Both the position numbers and the translations under genes were made by a program. Below are positions 49,828-63,319 of a stretch of DNA of 64,000 nt, in pieces. The stretch lies in assembly GCF_009914755.1 (NCBI RefSeq), contig NC_060946.1. One strand, 5' to 3'. The notes below the pieces were generated by a model, which saw only the letters and a program-made list of their open reading frames with translations, was not told the DNA's origin and did no database searches. Each line of letters begins with the position of its first letter. The first letter of the stretch is position 1. This DNA is from the human T2T-CHM13v2.0 reference genome, Homo sapiens.

Positions 49828-50381
49828 TAGGGCAGCCACATAATTTGGCTAGTGCAAAATGAAAATGAGGGGCTTCTTGTTCAAAAAACAGGAAAAACTT
49901 TTTCATTTTTTCCCCATGGTCACACTCTCAACAAGTTATACTTTTTAAAAAATATTTGCAACTTAATTTGTGCTCCCTCAGGCATGAGGATACTTGAAGG
50001 GCACTGTGGACTTTCACAGGCACCCAGGATACCACCCATGACTTTGTGTGCAAGGTGCACACCCAAACATACTCATTTTGTGTCCAAACCCAAGCCCTGT
50101 CAGGGGTGGAGAGTGGCAGTAGTCACTGAGGTAGGCACAGGGGAGTGGGCAGCTGAGAACCTGTTGCAAGTAAGTAGGGACTGACAAAAAGCTGGCTCGT
50201 AGCGGGTTCACGTCCCAGCACATGCTCCATTATCTGAATTCAGTTAAAAAATATAAATTCAAAAAAATTATCATTCAGAATGTCAAGACAGCAACCACAT
50301 TAATTTCCCAGCACAAGACCTCCTTCTGAGCATGAGACCCCATGCAACTACAGTGGTGGCATGCCCAAGAATCTGGCCCTG
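49828..50381 (-). mobile_element. MER45-family hAT-Tip100 element (long variant)
   Basis: Termini tagggcagccacataatttg...gtgcaaaatgaaaatg and catgcccaagaatctggccctg match MER45 ends. Confidence 0.8.
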
Positions 50382-50391
50382 GCCATGCTAT

Positions 50392-50620
50392 ATAATAATA
50401 ATAATAATGTCTGCATAGAACATCATAGTCCACAGAATAACTCCAATTTCATTTTAGTCTCACAATAAATCTATAAATACACATAAATAGGTATCCTCAT
50501 TTTACAGATTAAAAAACTGACTCAGAAAAATGAAATGCATTGCTCAAGGCATGAAAGAGCAGATGCTAAACCCATACCTCCTGGCTCCAAGTCCAGGATT
50601 CCCCACTATAATGTACCTCC
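50392..50620 (-). mobile_element. MIR
   Basis: ctcattttacagattaaaaaactgactcag...ctggctccaagtcc. Confidence 0.7.
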
Positions 50621-50720
50621 CCAAATAAAGGGTAGATGGGAGAGGACCAGTATAGTGACCATTTCTCTACATGAGCCACTGGTTTAGTCATTAGGTAGAA
50701 ATCACTTTTATCAAATTTCT

Positions 50721-51018
50721 TATTTTTTTTTTTTTTTTTTTTTTGAGACAGAGCCTCTGTCAGCAAGGGGTGGAGTACAGTGGTGCAATCATAGCTCACT
50801 GCAGCTGTAACCTCCCAGACTCAAACAATCCTCCTGCCTCAGCCACCCAAGTAGCTAGGACTACAGGCATGCTCCATCAGGCCAATTTTTTAACTTTTTG
50901 TAGAGACAAGGTCTCACTATGTTGCCCAGGCTGGTCCTGAATTCCTGAGCTGAAGCGATCCTCCCACCTTGGCCTCCCAAAGTGCTAGGATTACAGGCAT
51001 GAGCCACCAAGCCCAGCC
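50721..51018 (-). mobile_element. AluJ
   Basis: Dimer with perfect 17-bp TSD acttttatcaaatttct (50704-50720 and 51019-51035). Confidence 0.95.
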
Positions 51019-53499
51019 ACTTTTATCAAATTTCTGTCAATTCCAGACAGATTTTGTTAAGTCAATTGAGTTTTTTACATTCTAAAATTCAAACACTTTA
51101 TATAAACATGTAGTCTAAGAGAACAGAAAGAAAGAGTAACAGGTGAAAAGTTAGTTTTCTTCCCCAGTGTTCCCCATCCAATACACACCTTGACCCACCA
51201 ATGTGGACCCCTAATCACCAGGGGTGAGTCACAAAGGACTCCAGAGCAGCAGGCAACACCACGCTACACTGGGATGCAACATGAGAGCCGATTCGTCGAT
51301 TTAGCTGGGGAAAAGTTCATCAAAATGCCAGATAGATAGTAAAAACAGGTAAGGTGGCAAAGTACTTGGCTAGGAAATACCAAAATCAAAGAGGGAGCTA
51401 TTTTCTTTAAGCTCTTTTTTACCCTCATTCCACATACTTTATATAATTCAGTCTTTCCAGATAATGAAATTGTTGCTAAACTTCTTCATGTTAACATAAA
51501 GTACCTTATTTTGAGAATTAAACTCTCAATTTATTCTCAGTTTCCTAACTTGGTTATTAAATAATCTCCCTGAAAGCAAGAATAGAGCATTTTTTGGTCG
51601 AACTAATATGCATGTGTTACAACCATCCACAGCATCGACCCTTCACACTGTCTGATCACCCAGAAAATATCCAAGGAAAAGGAAGTACAACTGAATGTTA
51701 GATCCAAATAGCACAATCTCTCAGCTCACTAGAGCAGAATCTGTCTCTAATACACTGGTCACAGGCTCTATTACTAGCTCTTTTTATCCATCTCGAGGTA
51801 GAAAAGCCATAATTTAAACTGACAGCATTACTTGTCATGAAGTCTGTGGGTTTACAATTTCTAAATGTCAGTTTGAACTTCTGACTAGTTCCTTAGAGCA
51901 CTACACTTTGTTTCTAAATGAGGCAACATGTCAGCTCTGCATACATAAAAGCAGTTAATCAGCAATTTGCAGTGCAACACAAGAGGAATCAACTGGTATG
52001 CTAATAGTCCCACAAAGCACCTTCAATTAGGAAGCAAAGCCTTGTCCTAAGCCAGTAATACCCTCGTATATCACAAAATTCATTCTTCTACTTAGTAGAT
52101 GAAACATTTCATGCCAAGGAGAACTTATTATTTTGAAGCAATTGTCTGCATTCAGCCTGAGGTACCCATGTGTCCACTGGTCTATAATGGAGGAGCTACA
52201 GGCAGTGGGTGAATGAGGACCACTATGATTCCTGACCCTCCTCACTTGCGGCTTTCATTCAGTTTCCAATGGGTTCTTATTCTTTGCTCTGTCCTTCTTT
52301 ACTATCCTACTCCTCCCTTTTCTATATAACCTTCACATCGCCTGTCTTCAGCTAAGTAATATGGGGATGGGTTCTTACCTATGAAGTACTATGGTTCCCT
52401 TACCTCTCTAGAACATTACTGAACTATATAACAAAATCAATTCCTAAGATATCACTAGTAATAACTTTAAAAATGAGATTACATCATTAATAAGAACATT
52501 CCACTGCGCTATAAGGGTAAAAACAGTTTGGCATAATTTTTAACTATCAATAGGCTTAAGTTTATGAACTGAATTCTAGAATACGGGTTGGAATAACTAA
52601 AATTAAGTAGCAAATAAAAGAAGTACAAAAAACTGTTTAAGAAAACCTCTTCCATTACCCCTAGTGGCTATCTATCTTAGGTATCATATAAGAATCATAT
52701 CAGAAGAAAAAAATGGTTTGTTTGACTGTAGTCATGTACCTCACCCATTTACACAACCTTTGTCTGTGATAGCCTCTCAAATCAAATTTTAAATTGATCA
52801 AGCAAATTGGTTTAGTGATTGGGTCAAGGAAAACAGCTACCCAACTTAATCTAATAATCCACTTAGCCCAAATCCAATAATCCATGTTCTTCATATGAGA
52901 CATATTTTATTGAAGTTAGAAAATAAATGCCTCTGTATATGCTTCAGTTTTTCTTAGTATCTAAGACATTTGGAGGAAAAGAAAAATCCTTTCTGGATTC
53001 AGTGGCATTCACCTGGTGTCAAGTAACAAGTAGTAAGTATATGGATATATATCAAGAAACATAACCTGATTCATGGTAAGTCCAAGCACCATCTGCCAAA
53101 TGCCAAGCAGGTGCATGTTGGTAACAAGAGAAGCTGTGTTTATAGATCACAATAGGCTACCCTACTGGGCATTTTGATTAATTCTGAGACACAGGAAAGA
53201 TGTCTTATCAATGTCAGGATTAGATAACTTCACAATACCATTTGGCCTGGGGATGTGAGAGTGGCAGGGTCAGGGCACAGAGCTCAGATAGCTCCATTCC
53301 AAGCAATATACATGACATTATAAAAATACCATACACTTTGAGATAATCTACTTTAAACCTTCCCTACCCCACCCCACCCTGCCACATCTCTAATTAACAG
53401 AAGAGAAAATCAAGGCCCAGAAGTAATTTATCCAAGATGACATAGAGCTTGCAGTCAGATCTCATTCTAAAACATCTGAGTACTAAGCCAAAATATTTA

Positions 53500-53577
53500 C
53501 CTCTCTTCTTTCCCTCTCTCCTCTCTTCTCCTCTTTCTCTCTCTCTCCTCCTTTTGTCTTTATCATCATCATCATCT
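53500..53577. repeat. CT-rich low-complexity tract plus (ATC)n
   Basis: ctctcttctttccctctctcctctc...atcatcatcatcatc. Confidence 0.8.
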
Positions 53578-54111
53578 TGAAGCAGCCAGGATCTTTCTTC
53601 AAACAAAATCTTAACCAGAATTCCAGTATAAAAAACAGATTAAAAAGGGCCTGCTTAAATGCAAACAGAGAAGAGAGGCAGAGCACAGTGCTAGAATCCT
53701 GCTCACTTAACTAAGTCTGCAGCTTCCTCTGGGATCCTGGGTAGAACACTGTGAATAAGGCACTTGAAATCAGGAGACCTACTTCCTTGATACCCTGCAA
53801 TAAAGCTATCTTGAAACATTAATTAGAATATTATTTTTACACAAATTTAATATTTTATAAAGCTTTAATAAAAGATATGTTGGAATGGCAGTTGCTTTTT
53901 TTAAAGTTATTTTCTTTGGTTGTTTTAAAAGCAAAGTACAACATTCTCAAAGCTGAGTACAACGGTATCCTTCTCACTAAGACAACAATAGTAAATCTGA
54001 GACACAGAAACATTAATTTTCTTTTATCACCAGTACACATGAACAACTCTGGTGCGATAATTTAGCTGATATTCAAAATTGGAAAACAAGGCCATGAAAT
54101 GACTGATTGTA

Positions 54112-57100
54112 TAGGCATACTTTGTTTTATTGCACTTTACTTTATTGTGCTTTGCAGATACTGCATTTTTTACAAATTGAAGTTTTGTGACAACCCTGCA
54201 TTGAGCAAGTCTATTGGCACCATTTTTCCAACAGTGCTCACCTAGTGTCTCTGTGTCACATTTTGGTAATTCTCACAATTTCACACTTTTTCATTATTAT
54301 TATATCTGTTATGGTGAACTACGATCAGTGATCTTTCATGTTACTATTGTAATTGTTTTGGGATACCACAATGCCTATAGAAGATGGCAAACTTAGTCAA
54401 TACATGTTTTGTGTTCTGACTACTCCACCAACCAGCCATTCCCTTGTCTCTCTCCTTCTTCTCAGGCCTCCATATTGCCTGAGACACACAATACTGAAAT
54501 TAAGCCAAGTAATAACCCTATAATGGCCTCTAAGTGTTCAAGTGAAAGAAAGAGTTGCACATCTCTCACTTTAAATCAAAAGCTAGAAATGATTATGCTT
54601 AGTGAGGAAGGCAGGTCAAAAGCTGAGATAGGCCAAAAGCCAAGACAGGCTAAAAGCTAGGCCTCTTGCACTGAACAGCCAAGTTATGAATGCAAAGGAA
54701 GAGTTCTCAAAGGAAATTAAAAGTGCTACTCTGGTGAACACAGGAATAAGAAAGCGAAACAGCCTTATTGTTGATATGGAGAGTTTTAGTGATCTGGATA
54801 GAGATCAAACCAGCCACAACATTCCCTTAAGCCAAAGTCTAATTTAGAGCAAAACCCTAACTATTCAGTTCTATGAAGTCTGAGAGAGGGGAAGAAGCTG
54901 CAGAAGAAAAGTTAAAAGCAAGCAGAGGCTGGTTTATGAGGTTTAAGGAAAAAAGCTGTCTCTAAAACATAAAAGCATGAGATGAAACATTAAGTGCTGA
55001 TGTAGAAGCTGCAGCAAATTATCCAGAAGATCTAGTTAAGATCATTGATGAAGGTGGCTACACCAAGCAATAGATTTTCAATTTAAGTGCAACAGCCTTC
55101 TATTGGAAGAGAAGCCATCTAGGACTACAGAGGAGAAGTCAATGCCTGGCTTCAAAGCTTCAAAGAATGGGCTAACTCTCTTGTTACAGGCTAATGCCAC
55201 TGATGACTTTAAGTCATTTTATTCACCATTCTGAAAATCCTAGGGCCTTTAAGAATTATGCTGAATCTACTCACCTATGCCCTACAAATGAAACAACAAT
55301 GCCTGAATGATGGCACCTCTGTTTACAGCATAGTTTACCGAATATTTTAAGCACACTATTGAGACCCTACTGATCAAAAGAAGATTGATTTCTTTTCACT
55401 GACAACGCGTCTGGCTACCCAAGAGCTCTGATGGAGATGTACAAGGAGACTGATTAATGTTGTTTTAATGCCTGCTAACACAATATACATTCTGAAGCCC
55501 ACAAATCATGGAGTGATTTTGGTGTTTCAATATGGTGTGGCTGTGTCTCCATCCAAATCTCATCTTCAATTCTCATGTGTTATGCGAGGGACCCAGTGGG
55601 AGGTAACTGAATCATGGGGGCAAGTCTTTGCTGTGCTGTTCTCATGATAGTGAATAAGTCTCATGAGATCTGATGGTTTTATAAAGAGGAGTTCCCCTGC
55701 ACAAGTTCTCTCTCTTTGCCTGCTGTCATCCGTGTAAGATGTGACTTGCTCCTCCTTGCCTTCTGCCATGATTCTGAGGCCTCCCCAGCCACATGGAACT
55801 GCAAGTCCATTGAACCTCTTTCTTTTGTAAATTGCCCAGTCTTGGTTATGTCTTTATCAGCAGCATGAAAATGGACTACTGCAGTAAATTGGTACCAGTA
55901 GAGAGGGGTGCTCCTGAAAAGATAACCAAAAATGTGGAAGTGACTTTAGAACTGGGTAACAGGCAGAGGTTGGAACAGTCTGGAGGGCTCAGAAGAAGAC
56001 AGGAAAATGTGGAAAAGTTTGGAACACCCTAGAGACTTGTTGAATAGCTTTGACCAAAATGCTGATAATGATATGGACAATGAAATCCAGGCTGAGGTGG
56101 TCTCAGATGGAGATGGGGAACTTGTTGGGAACTGGAGCAAAAATGACTGTTGTTATGTTTCAGCAAAGAGACTGGCAGCATTTTGCCCCTGCCCTAGAGA
56201 TTTGTGGAACTTTGAACTTAAGAGGGATGATTTAGGGTATCTGATGGAAGAAATTTCTAAGCAGCAAAGCATTCAAGAGGTGACTTGGGTGCTGTTAAAG
56301 GCATTCAGTTTTATAAGGGAAGCAGAATATAAAAGTTCGGAAAATTTGCAGCCTGACAATGCCATAGAAACAAACAAAAAACAACAACAACAACAACAAC
56401 AAACACATTTTCTGAGGAGAAATTCAAGATGGCTGCAGAAATTTGCATAAGTAACAAGGATCTGAATGTTAATCCCCAAGACAATGGGGAAAATGTCAGC
56501 CCTGGAGAAAGCATGTCAGAGTCTTCATGGCAGCCCCTCCCATCACAGGCCTGAAGGTTTAGGAGGAAGAAATGGTTTCATGGGCCGGACCCAGGGTCCC
56601 TCTGCTGTGTATAGTCTAGGGACTTAGTGCCCTGTGTCCCAGCCGCTCCAGCCATGACTAAAAGGGGCCAGAGTACAGCTCAGGCTTTGCTTCAGAGGGT
56701 AGAAGCCTGAAGCCTTGGCAGCTTCCAAGTGATGTTGAGCCTGCAGGTGCACAGAAGTCAAGAATTGAGGTTTGGGAACCTCTTTCTAGATTTTAGAGGA
56801 TATATGGAAACACCTGGATGCCCAGGCAGAAGTTTGCTGCAGGGGTGAGGCCCTCATGGAGAACCTCTGCTAGGGCAGTATGGAAGGAAGGGAAATGTGG
56901 GGTCGAAGCCCCCACACAGAGTCCCTACTGGGGCACCGCCTAGTGGAGCTGTGAAAAGAGGGCCACAGTCCTCCAGACTCCAGAATAGTAGATCCACTGA
57001 CAGCTTGCACCATGCACCTGGAAAAGCCACAGACACTCAATGCCAGCCCATGAAAGCAGCTGGGAGGGAGGCCAAACCCTGCAAAGCCACAGGGACAGAG

Positions 57101-58805
57101 CTGCCCAAGATTATGGGAACTCTTGCATCAGTGTGACCTGGATGTGAGACATGGAGTCAAAGGAGATCATTTTGGAGCTTTAATATTTGACTGTCTCTCT
57201 GGATTTCAGACTTGTATGGGGCCTGTACCCCATTTGTTCTGGCCAATTTCTTCCATTTGGAATGGCTGTATTTTACCCAATGCCTGTACCCCCATTATAT
57301 CTAGGAAGTAACCAACTTGCTTTTGATTTTACAGGCTCGTCGGTGGAAGGGACTTGCCTTGTTTTGGATGAGACTTTGGACTGTGGACTTTTGAGTTAAT
57401 ACTAAAATGAGTTAAGACTTTGGGGGACTGTTGAGAAGGCATGATTCTGTTTTGAAATGTAGGACATGAGACCTGGGAGGAATCAGGGGCAGAATTATAT
57501 GGTTTAGCTGTGTTTCCACCCAAATCTCATCTTGAATTCCCATGTGTTGTGGGAGCGACCCAGTGGGAGGTAACTGAATCATGTGGGCAAGTCTTTCCTG
57601 TGCTGTTCTCATGATAGTAAATAAGTCTCATGAGATCTGATGGTTTTATAAAAAGGAGTTCCCCTGCACAAGTTCTCTCTCTTTGCCTGCTGCCATCCAT
57701 GTAAGATGTGACTTGCTCCTCCTTGCCTTCCACCATGATTGTGAGGCCTCCCCAGCCACGTGGAACTGCAAGTCCATTGAACCTCTGTCTTTTGTAAATT
57801 GCCCAGTCTCAGGTATATCTTTATCAGCAGCGTGAAAATGGATTAATACAATATTTAAGTCTTATTATTTAAAAAATACATTTTGTGAGGTTATAGTTGC
57901 CATAGATAGTGATTCCTCTGAAGGCTATGGACAAAGTCAATTTAAAACCTTCTGGAAAGGATTAACCATTCTAGATGTTATTAGAAACATTCATGATTCC
58001 TAGGAGGAGGTCAAAATATCAACATTAATGGAAGTTTGGAAGAAGTCAATTCCAACCCTCCTGGATGACTTTGAGGGGCTCAAGACTTCAGCAGAGGAAG
58101 TATTAACTGCAGATGTGTTGGAAATAGCAAGAGAACTAGAATTAGAAGTGGAACACAGTGAAGATGTGACTAAATTGCTGCAATCTCATGATAAAGCTTG
58201 AACAAATGAGGAGTTGCTTCTTATAGATGAGAAAAGTAAATGGTTCTTGAGATAGAAACTACTCCTGGTAAAGATGCTGTGAACACTGTTGAAATTACAA
58301 TTAAGGATTTAGAATATAATACCAACTTAGTTGATAATGAAGCAGCAGGGTTTTAGAAGATTGACTCCAATTTTGAAAGAATTTCTACTGTGGGTAAAAT
58401 ACTATCAAACAGCATTGCATGCTACAGAGAAATCTTTTGTGAAAGGAAGAGTCAATCAATGCAGCAAACTTCACTGTTGTCTTAAGAAATTTCTACAGCC
58501 ACCCCAACCTTCAGCAACCACTGAACTGATTAGTCAGCAGCCATCAACATTGAGGCAAGACCCCTCACCAGCAAAGGGCTGAAGGCTTGATGATCATTAG
58601 AATTTTTAGTAATAAAATATTTTAAAATTAAGGCATATACATTGTTTTTTAGACATACTTTTGCACACTTAATAGACTACATTACAGTGTAAACATAACT
58701 TTTATATGCACTGGGAAACCCAAAAATTCATGACTTGCTTTATTGCAGTATTTGCTTTATTGCAACAGTCTGGAACTGAACCTTCAATATGTTAAGGTAT
58801 GCCTG
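54112..58805 (+). mobile_element. Near full-length Tigger1 DNA transposon, split by THE1A
   Basis: TIRs taggcatacttt / aaggtatgcctg, TA TSD at 54110-54111 and 58806-58807; decayed transposase (SLTLNQKLEMIMLSEEG); ~2.37 kb after removing the insert. Confidence 0.95.
55528..57850 (+). mobile_element. THE1A MaLR provirus: 5' LTR 55528-55883, internal 55884-57494, 3' LTR 57495-57850
   Basis: Two 356-bp LTRs with THE1A diagnostics (gaattcccatgtg, catccatgtaag, ttttgtaaattgccc); internal starts gtaaattggtaccagtagag and ends with purine tract aggggcagaa. Confidence 0.93.
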
Positions 58806-59954
58806 TAATGAAACATAAGCATCATTACTAACAGCTTAGCTACCAGGAAAAAAGCACATAAACCTGAAAACACAGAAGCAAGCTTTGGGAAATTATTTGT
58901 AGCAAAAAAACATACATGAGATTACCACATGCAAGCATAAGCCATCCATCTTACTCCCTTGGGTGACTCTTTTCATTAGTGCTAATGGGCTCAGGGCCCC
59001 GGTTTAGAGGCTGTTTCTGCAAATGCTGGAAGAACAGAAATCTTGTTCTCTTTGGTGAAGCCCATTCTTGTAAATAAGAAAAGAATTAAATCTGTGTGCT
59101 GATATTAACACATGTACACATGCATATTTGTCTGTGTATTACTTCTAATCACTTCTCCTTTTAATTTGAATTTATTAGTCTATTAGAAATATTGCCAAAC
59201 ATTACTAGTGAATGAAACAATATAGAAATAGTACCAAAACTGAATCCAGTGCACATTTCTAATTAAATCCTTCTCATAGGGATTAGGAATTTTAAAAAAA
59301 TGATGTGCAAAAAGACAGTAGCATTAAATGTCACTTACCACAAGTTGCTTAAAACCAACACAAAATATGGTACATGTCAAATATTTATTAAACATCTATT
59401 TGCACATGGCTAAGTGCTAAATACTATGTAAAACTGAACACAAAAGGAAAGAATGTGCTACAATTTGGCAGCGGTTAGCTCAACAACTTCTTTCTTTCTT
59501 ACATGTATGCATGTTGAAAATACCATTCTATTTTCCTCTATCATTTACTAACTACATTTAACTAAGTAAAGAAACAAGGCCAAATTTCAAATAAGAATCC
59601 TGTGAAGTTGATAAACCCATGGACAAACATGCAATCCTATCTAAGATTTCCTATAGCCCATATGACATTCTGCCCACAAAGGCAAACCAAATCTAACACA
59701 ATATATTTTCTTCTCAACAAGTTTTTCTCTTAAAATACTCACTTCTTCTGATTTCCTCTTCTCTCAATCACCCATTCTTTTAACATTTTTCTTACTTAGT
59801 GAGTTCTAGTTACTGGGATACAAAGATGAATTAGTCATAATCCTTGTCCCTACTTTCTTAGATCATAGCGGTTAGGAAAAAAAAGATATGCAGATAATCA
59901 CAATAAAAAGTAATAAGTACTTAATAGAGGTCTGTCTATAGTGTTACAGTGGTG

Positions 59955-62767
59955 ACGAGAAAACAAATGACAAAATGGCAGGAGTAAATCCCTACTTATC
60001 AATAATAATGCTGAATGTAAATGAACTAAACTCTCCAATCAAGACATAGAGAAGCTGAATGGATGAGAAAAGCAAGATGCAATGATCTCTTGCCTACAAG
60101 AAACACAGTTCACCTATAAAGATACACATAGACTGAAAATAAAGAGATGGAAAAAGACATTCCATGTGAACATAAAAAAGACCAGGGTTAGCTACCCTTA
60201 TATCAGACAAAATAGATTTCAATACAAAAACTGTAAGAAGAGACAAAGAAGGTCATTATCTAATGGCAAAGGGGTCATTTCACCAAGAGGATATAACACG
60301 TGTAAATATATATGCACCCAACACCAGAGCACCAAGATAGAAAAAGCAAATATTATTAGAGCTAACAAGAGAGACAGACCCCAATACAATCATAGCTGGA
60401 GACTTCAATAGCCCACTTTCAGCAGTGGACAGATCTCCCAGACAAAAAAATCAACAAAGAAACATTGGACCTAATCTGCCCTATAGAACAAATAGACATA
60501 ATAGATATTTACATAGCATTTCATTCAACAGCTGCAGTGTACAAATTCTTCTCCTCAGCCCATAGGTCATTCTCAGGGATAGACCATATGTTAGGTCAAA
60601 AAAGAAGTCTTAAAAATTTCAAAAAAAAATTGAAATAATATCAAGTATCTTCCCTGACCACAATGGAATAAAACTAGAAATCAAAAAGAGGAATTTTAGA
60701 AACTATACAAACACATGAAAATTAAACAAAATGCTCCTGAATGACCAATGGGTCAATGAAGAAATGAAGAAGGAAAATGAAAATTTTCTTGAAGCAAATG
60801 ATAATGCAAACATAACATATCAAAACTTACGGGATACAGCAAAAGCAGTACTAAGGGAAATTTATGACTATAAGTGCTGACATCAAAAAGAAGAAAAACT
60901 TCAAATAAATAACCTAATGATGCATCTTAATTAAAAAAGCAAGTGCAAACTGAACCCAAAATTAATAGAGAAATAATGAAGATCAGAGCAGAAATAAATG
61001 AATTTGAAATGAAAAAAATACAATCAATGAAACAAAAAGTTGGGTTTTTGAAAAGATAAACTAAATTGACAAACCTTTAGCCAGACTAAGAAAAAAGAGA
61101 GAAGACTCAATTAAATAAAATCTGAAATGAAAAAGCAGATACTACAACCAATATCACAGAAATTCAAAGGATCATTAGAGGCTGCTATGAACAACTATAT
61201 GCCAATAAATAGGAAAATCCAGAAGAAATGGAAATTCCTAGACCCCTACAGCCTACCAAAATTGAGCCACTGAAGAAATTCAAAACCTGAACAGACCAAT
61301 AACAAGTAATGAGATTAAAGCTGTAATAAAAAGCCTCCCATTAAAGAAAGGCCCGAGACTCGATGGCTTCACTGCTTAATTCTAACGAACATTTAAAAAA
61401 GAACTAATACCAAATCAAACTGTTCCTAAAAATAGAGAAGGAGAGAATACATCCAAACTCATTTTATGAAGCCAGTATTACCCTGATTCCAAAACCAAAG
61501 ACACATCAAAAAAGGAAAACTACAGGCCAATATCTCTGATAAATATTGATGCAAAAAGCCTCAACAAAATACTAGCATATTGGATTCAACAAGACATTAC
61601 ATATTGGATTCAACAATACATTAACAAGATCACCATGACCAAGTGGGATTTAACCCAGAAGTCAATGTGATACATCATATTAATGGAATGAAGGCCAAAA
61701 TACATATGATCATTTCAATTGATGCTGGAAAAGCATTTGATAAAGTTCAACGTCCCTTCATGATAAAAACCTTCAAAAAACTGAGTATAGAAGGAACATG
61801 CCTCAACATAATAAAAGCCATATATGACAGACCCACAACTAGTATCATAATGAATGGAGAAAAACTGAAAGCCTTTCCTCTAAGATGTAGAACATGACAA
61901 GGTTGCCTACTTTTACCACTGTTATTCAACATAGTACTAGAAGTCCTAGCCAGAGCAATCAAACAAGAGAGAGAAATAAAGGGCATCCATACTAAAACAG
62001 AAAAAGACAAATTAGCCTTGTTTGCAGATGATATGATCTTATGTTTGGAAAAACCTAAAGACTCCACCAAAGAACTATTAGAACTGATAAACAAATTCAG
62101 TAAAGTACAGGATAGAAAGTCAACATACACAAATCAGTAGCATTTCTATATGCCAACAACAAGCAATCTGAAAAAGAAATCAAAAAAAGTAATCTCATTT
62201 ATAATAGCCACAGATAAAATTAAATACCTAGGAATTACCCAAAGAAGTGAAAGATCTCTACAATGGAAACTATAAAACACTGATGAAAGAAACTGAAGAG
62301 GACACCAAAACATGGAAAAATATTCCATGTTCATGGATTATAAGAATCAATATTGTTAAAATGTCCATGGTGCCCAAAGGAATCTACGGATTCAATGTAA
62401 TCCCTATCAAAATACCAATGGCATTCTTCACAGAAGTAGAAAAAAAAATCCTAAAATACCAATGGCATTCTTCACAGAAGTAGAAAAACAATCCTAAAAT
62501 GTATATGGAATCAGAAAAGGCCCAGAATAGTTGAAGCTATCCTGAGCAAAAAGAACAAAACTGAAGGAATCACATACCAGACTTCAAATTACACTACAGA
62601 ACTATAGTAACCAAAACAGCATGGTACTAGCATAGAGACACACAGACCAATGGAACAGAATAGAGAACCCAGAAACAAATCCATGCATCTACAATAAACT
62701 CATTTTCAACAAAGGTGCCAAGAACATACATTGGGGGAAAGGACAGTCTCATCAATAAATGATGCTG
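59955..62767 (+). mobile_element. L1MA-type ORF2 fragment, truncated at both ends
   Basis: atggcaggagtaaatccctac ORF2 start region; [18 protein letters not shown]; ttgtttgcagatgatatg (FADD). Confidence 0.9.
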
Positions 62768-63319
62768 ATAAATCATTAAACTATTGACTATAGTCTCCCT
62801 GTTGTATCATTAACATGTGTCAACTACAGAAATATTTGAAAAAGGTTGTCCACTGAATGATCAGTCATCATAACAAGTATTAGATTAGTAACAGGTCATT
62901 CAAAATAAAAGACTGGTGTTAAAATAGGAAGACTCCTTTCTTCATACAATCCACATACTTCAGAGCATTGGTCATGTTTTTAAAATGAACTGGCAGATTC
63001 TTCAAAGATTCATGCTTCATTTAAAATATCTTTCATCACCTTAAAAAGAAATGTCAACACTACCAACTAGTTCATCTCCTTTCCTTAAATATAATAAACG
63101 TTTACAGAAGTAAACAAAATCTAGAGAACAAGTTGAATTTGATGTTACCATTTATATAGAACTCCCTTTTTTTAAAGGATTCACACAGCATGGTGAAAAT
63201 TACTATCTATAAAAACTTTCAGAATAAATGTGTAAAATATATATATAAGAGTAATAGGAATATACAGTAGACATGAGATGAAATCATATATATGCTTCAT
63301 TTTACATTAAGACTGAATC

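Noticed and set aside
56007-56450. 147-aa poly-Q ORF
   Set aside because: THE1 internal ORF remnant; the Q run comes from a (CAA)n microsatellite.
55520-57860. Clean TSD for the THE1A
   Set aside because: The flanks gtgttt and atattt match only with two transitions; not claimed.
54400-58300. Domesticated TIGD-like transposase gene
   Set aside because: The Tigger1 ORF has many stops and frameshifts and is interrupted by THE1A.
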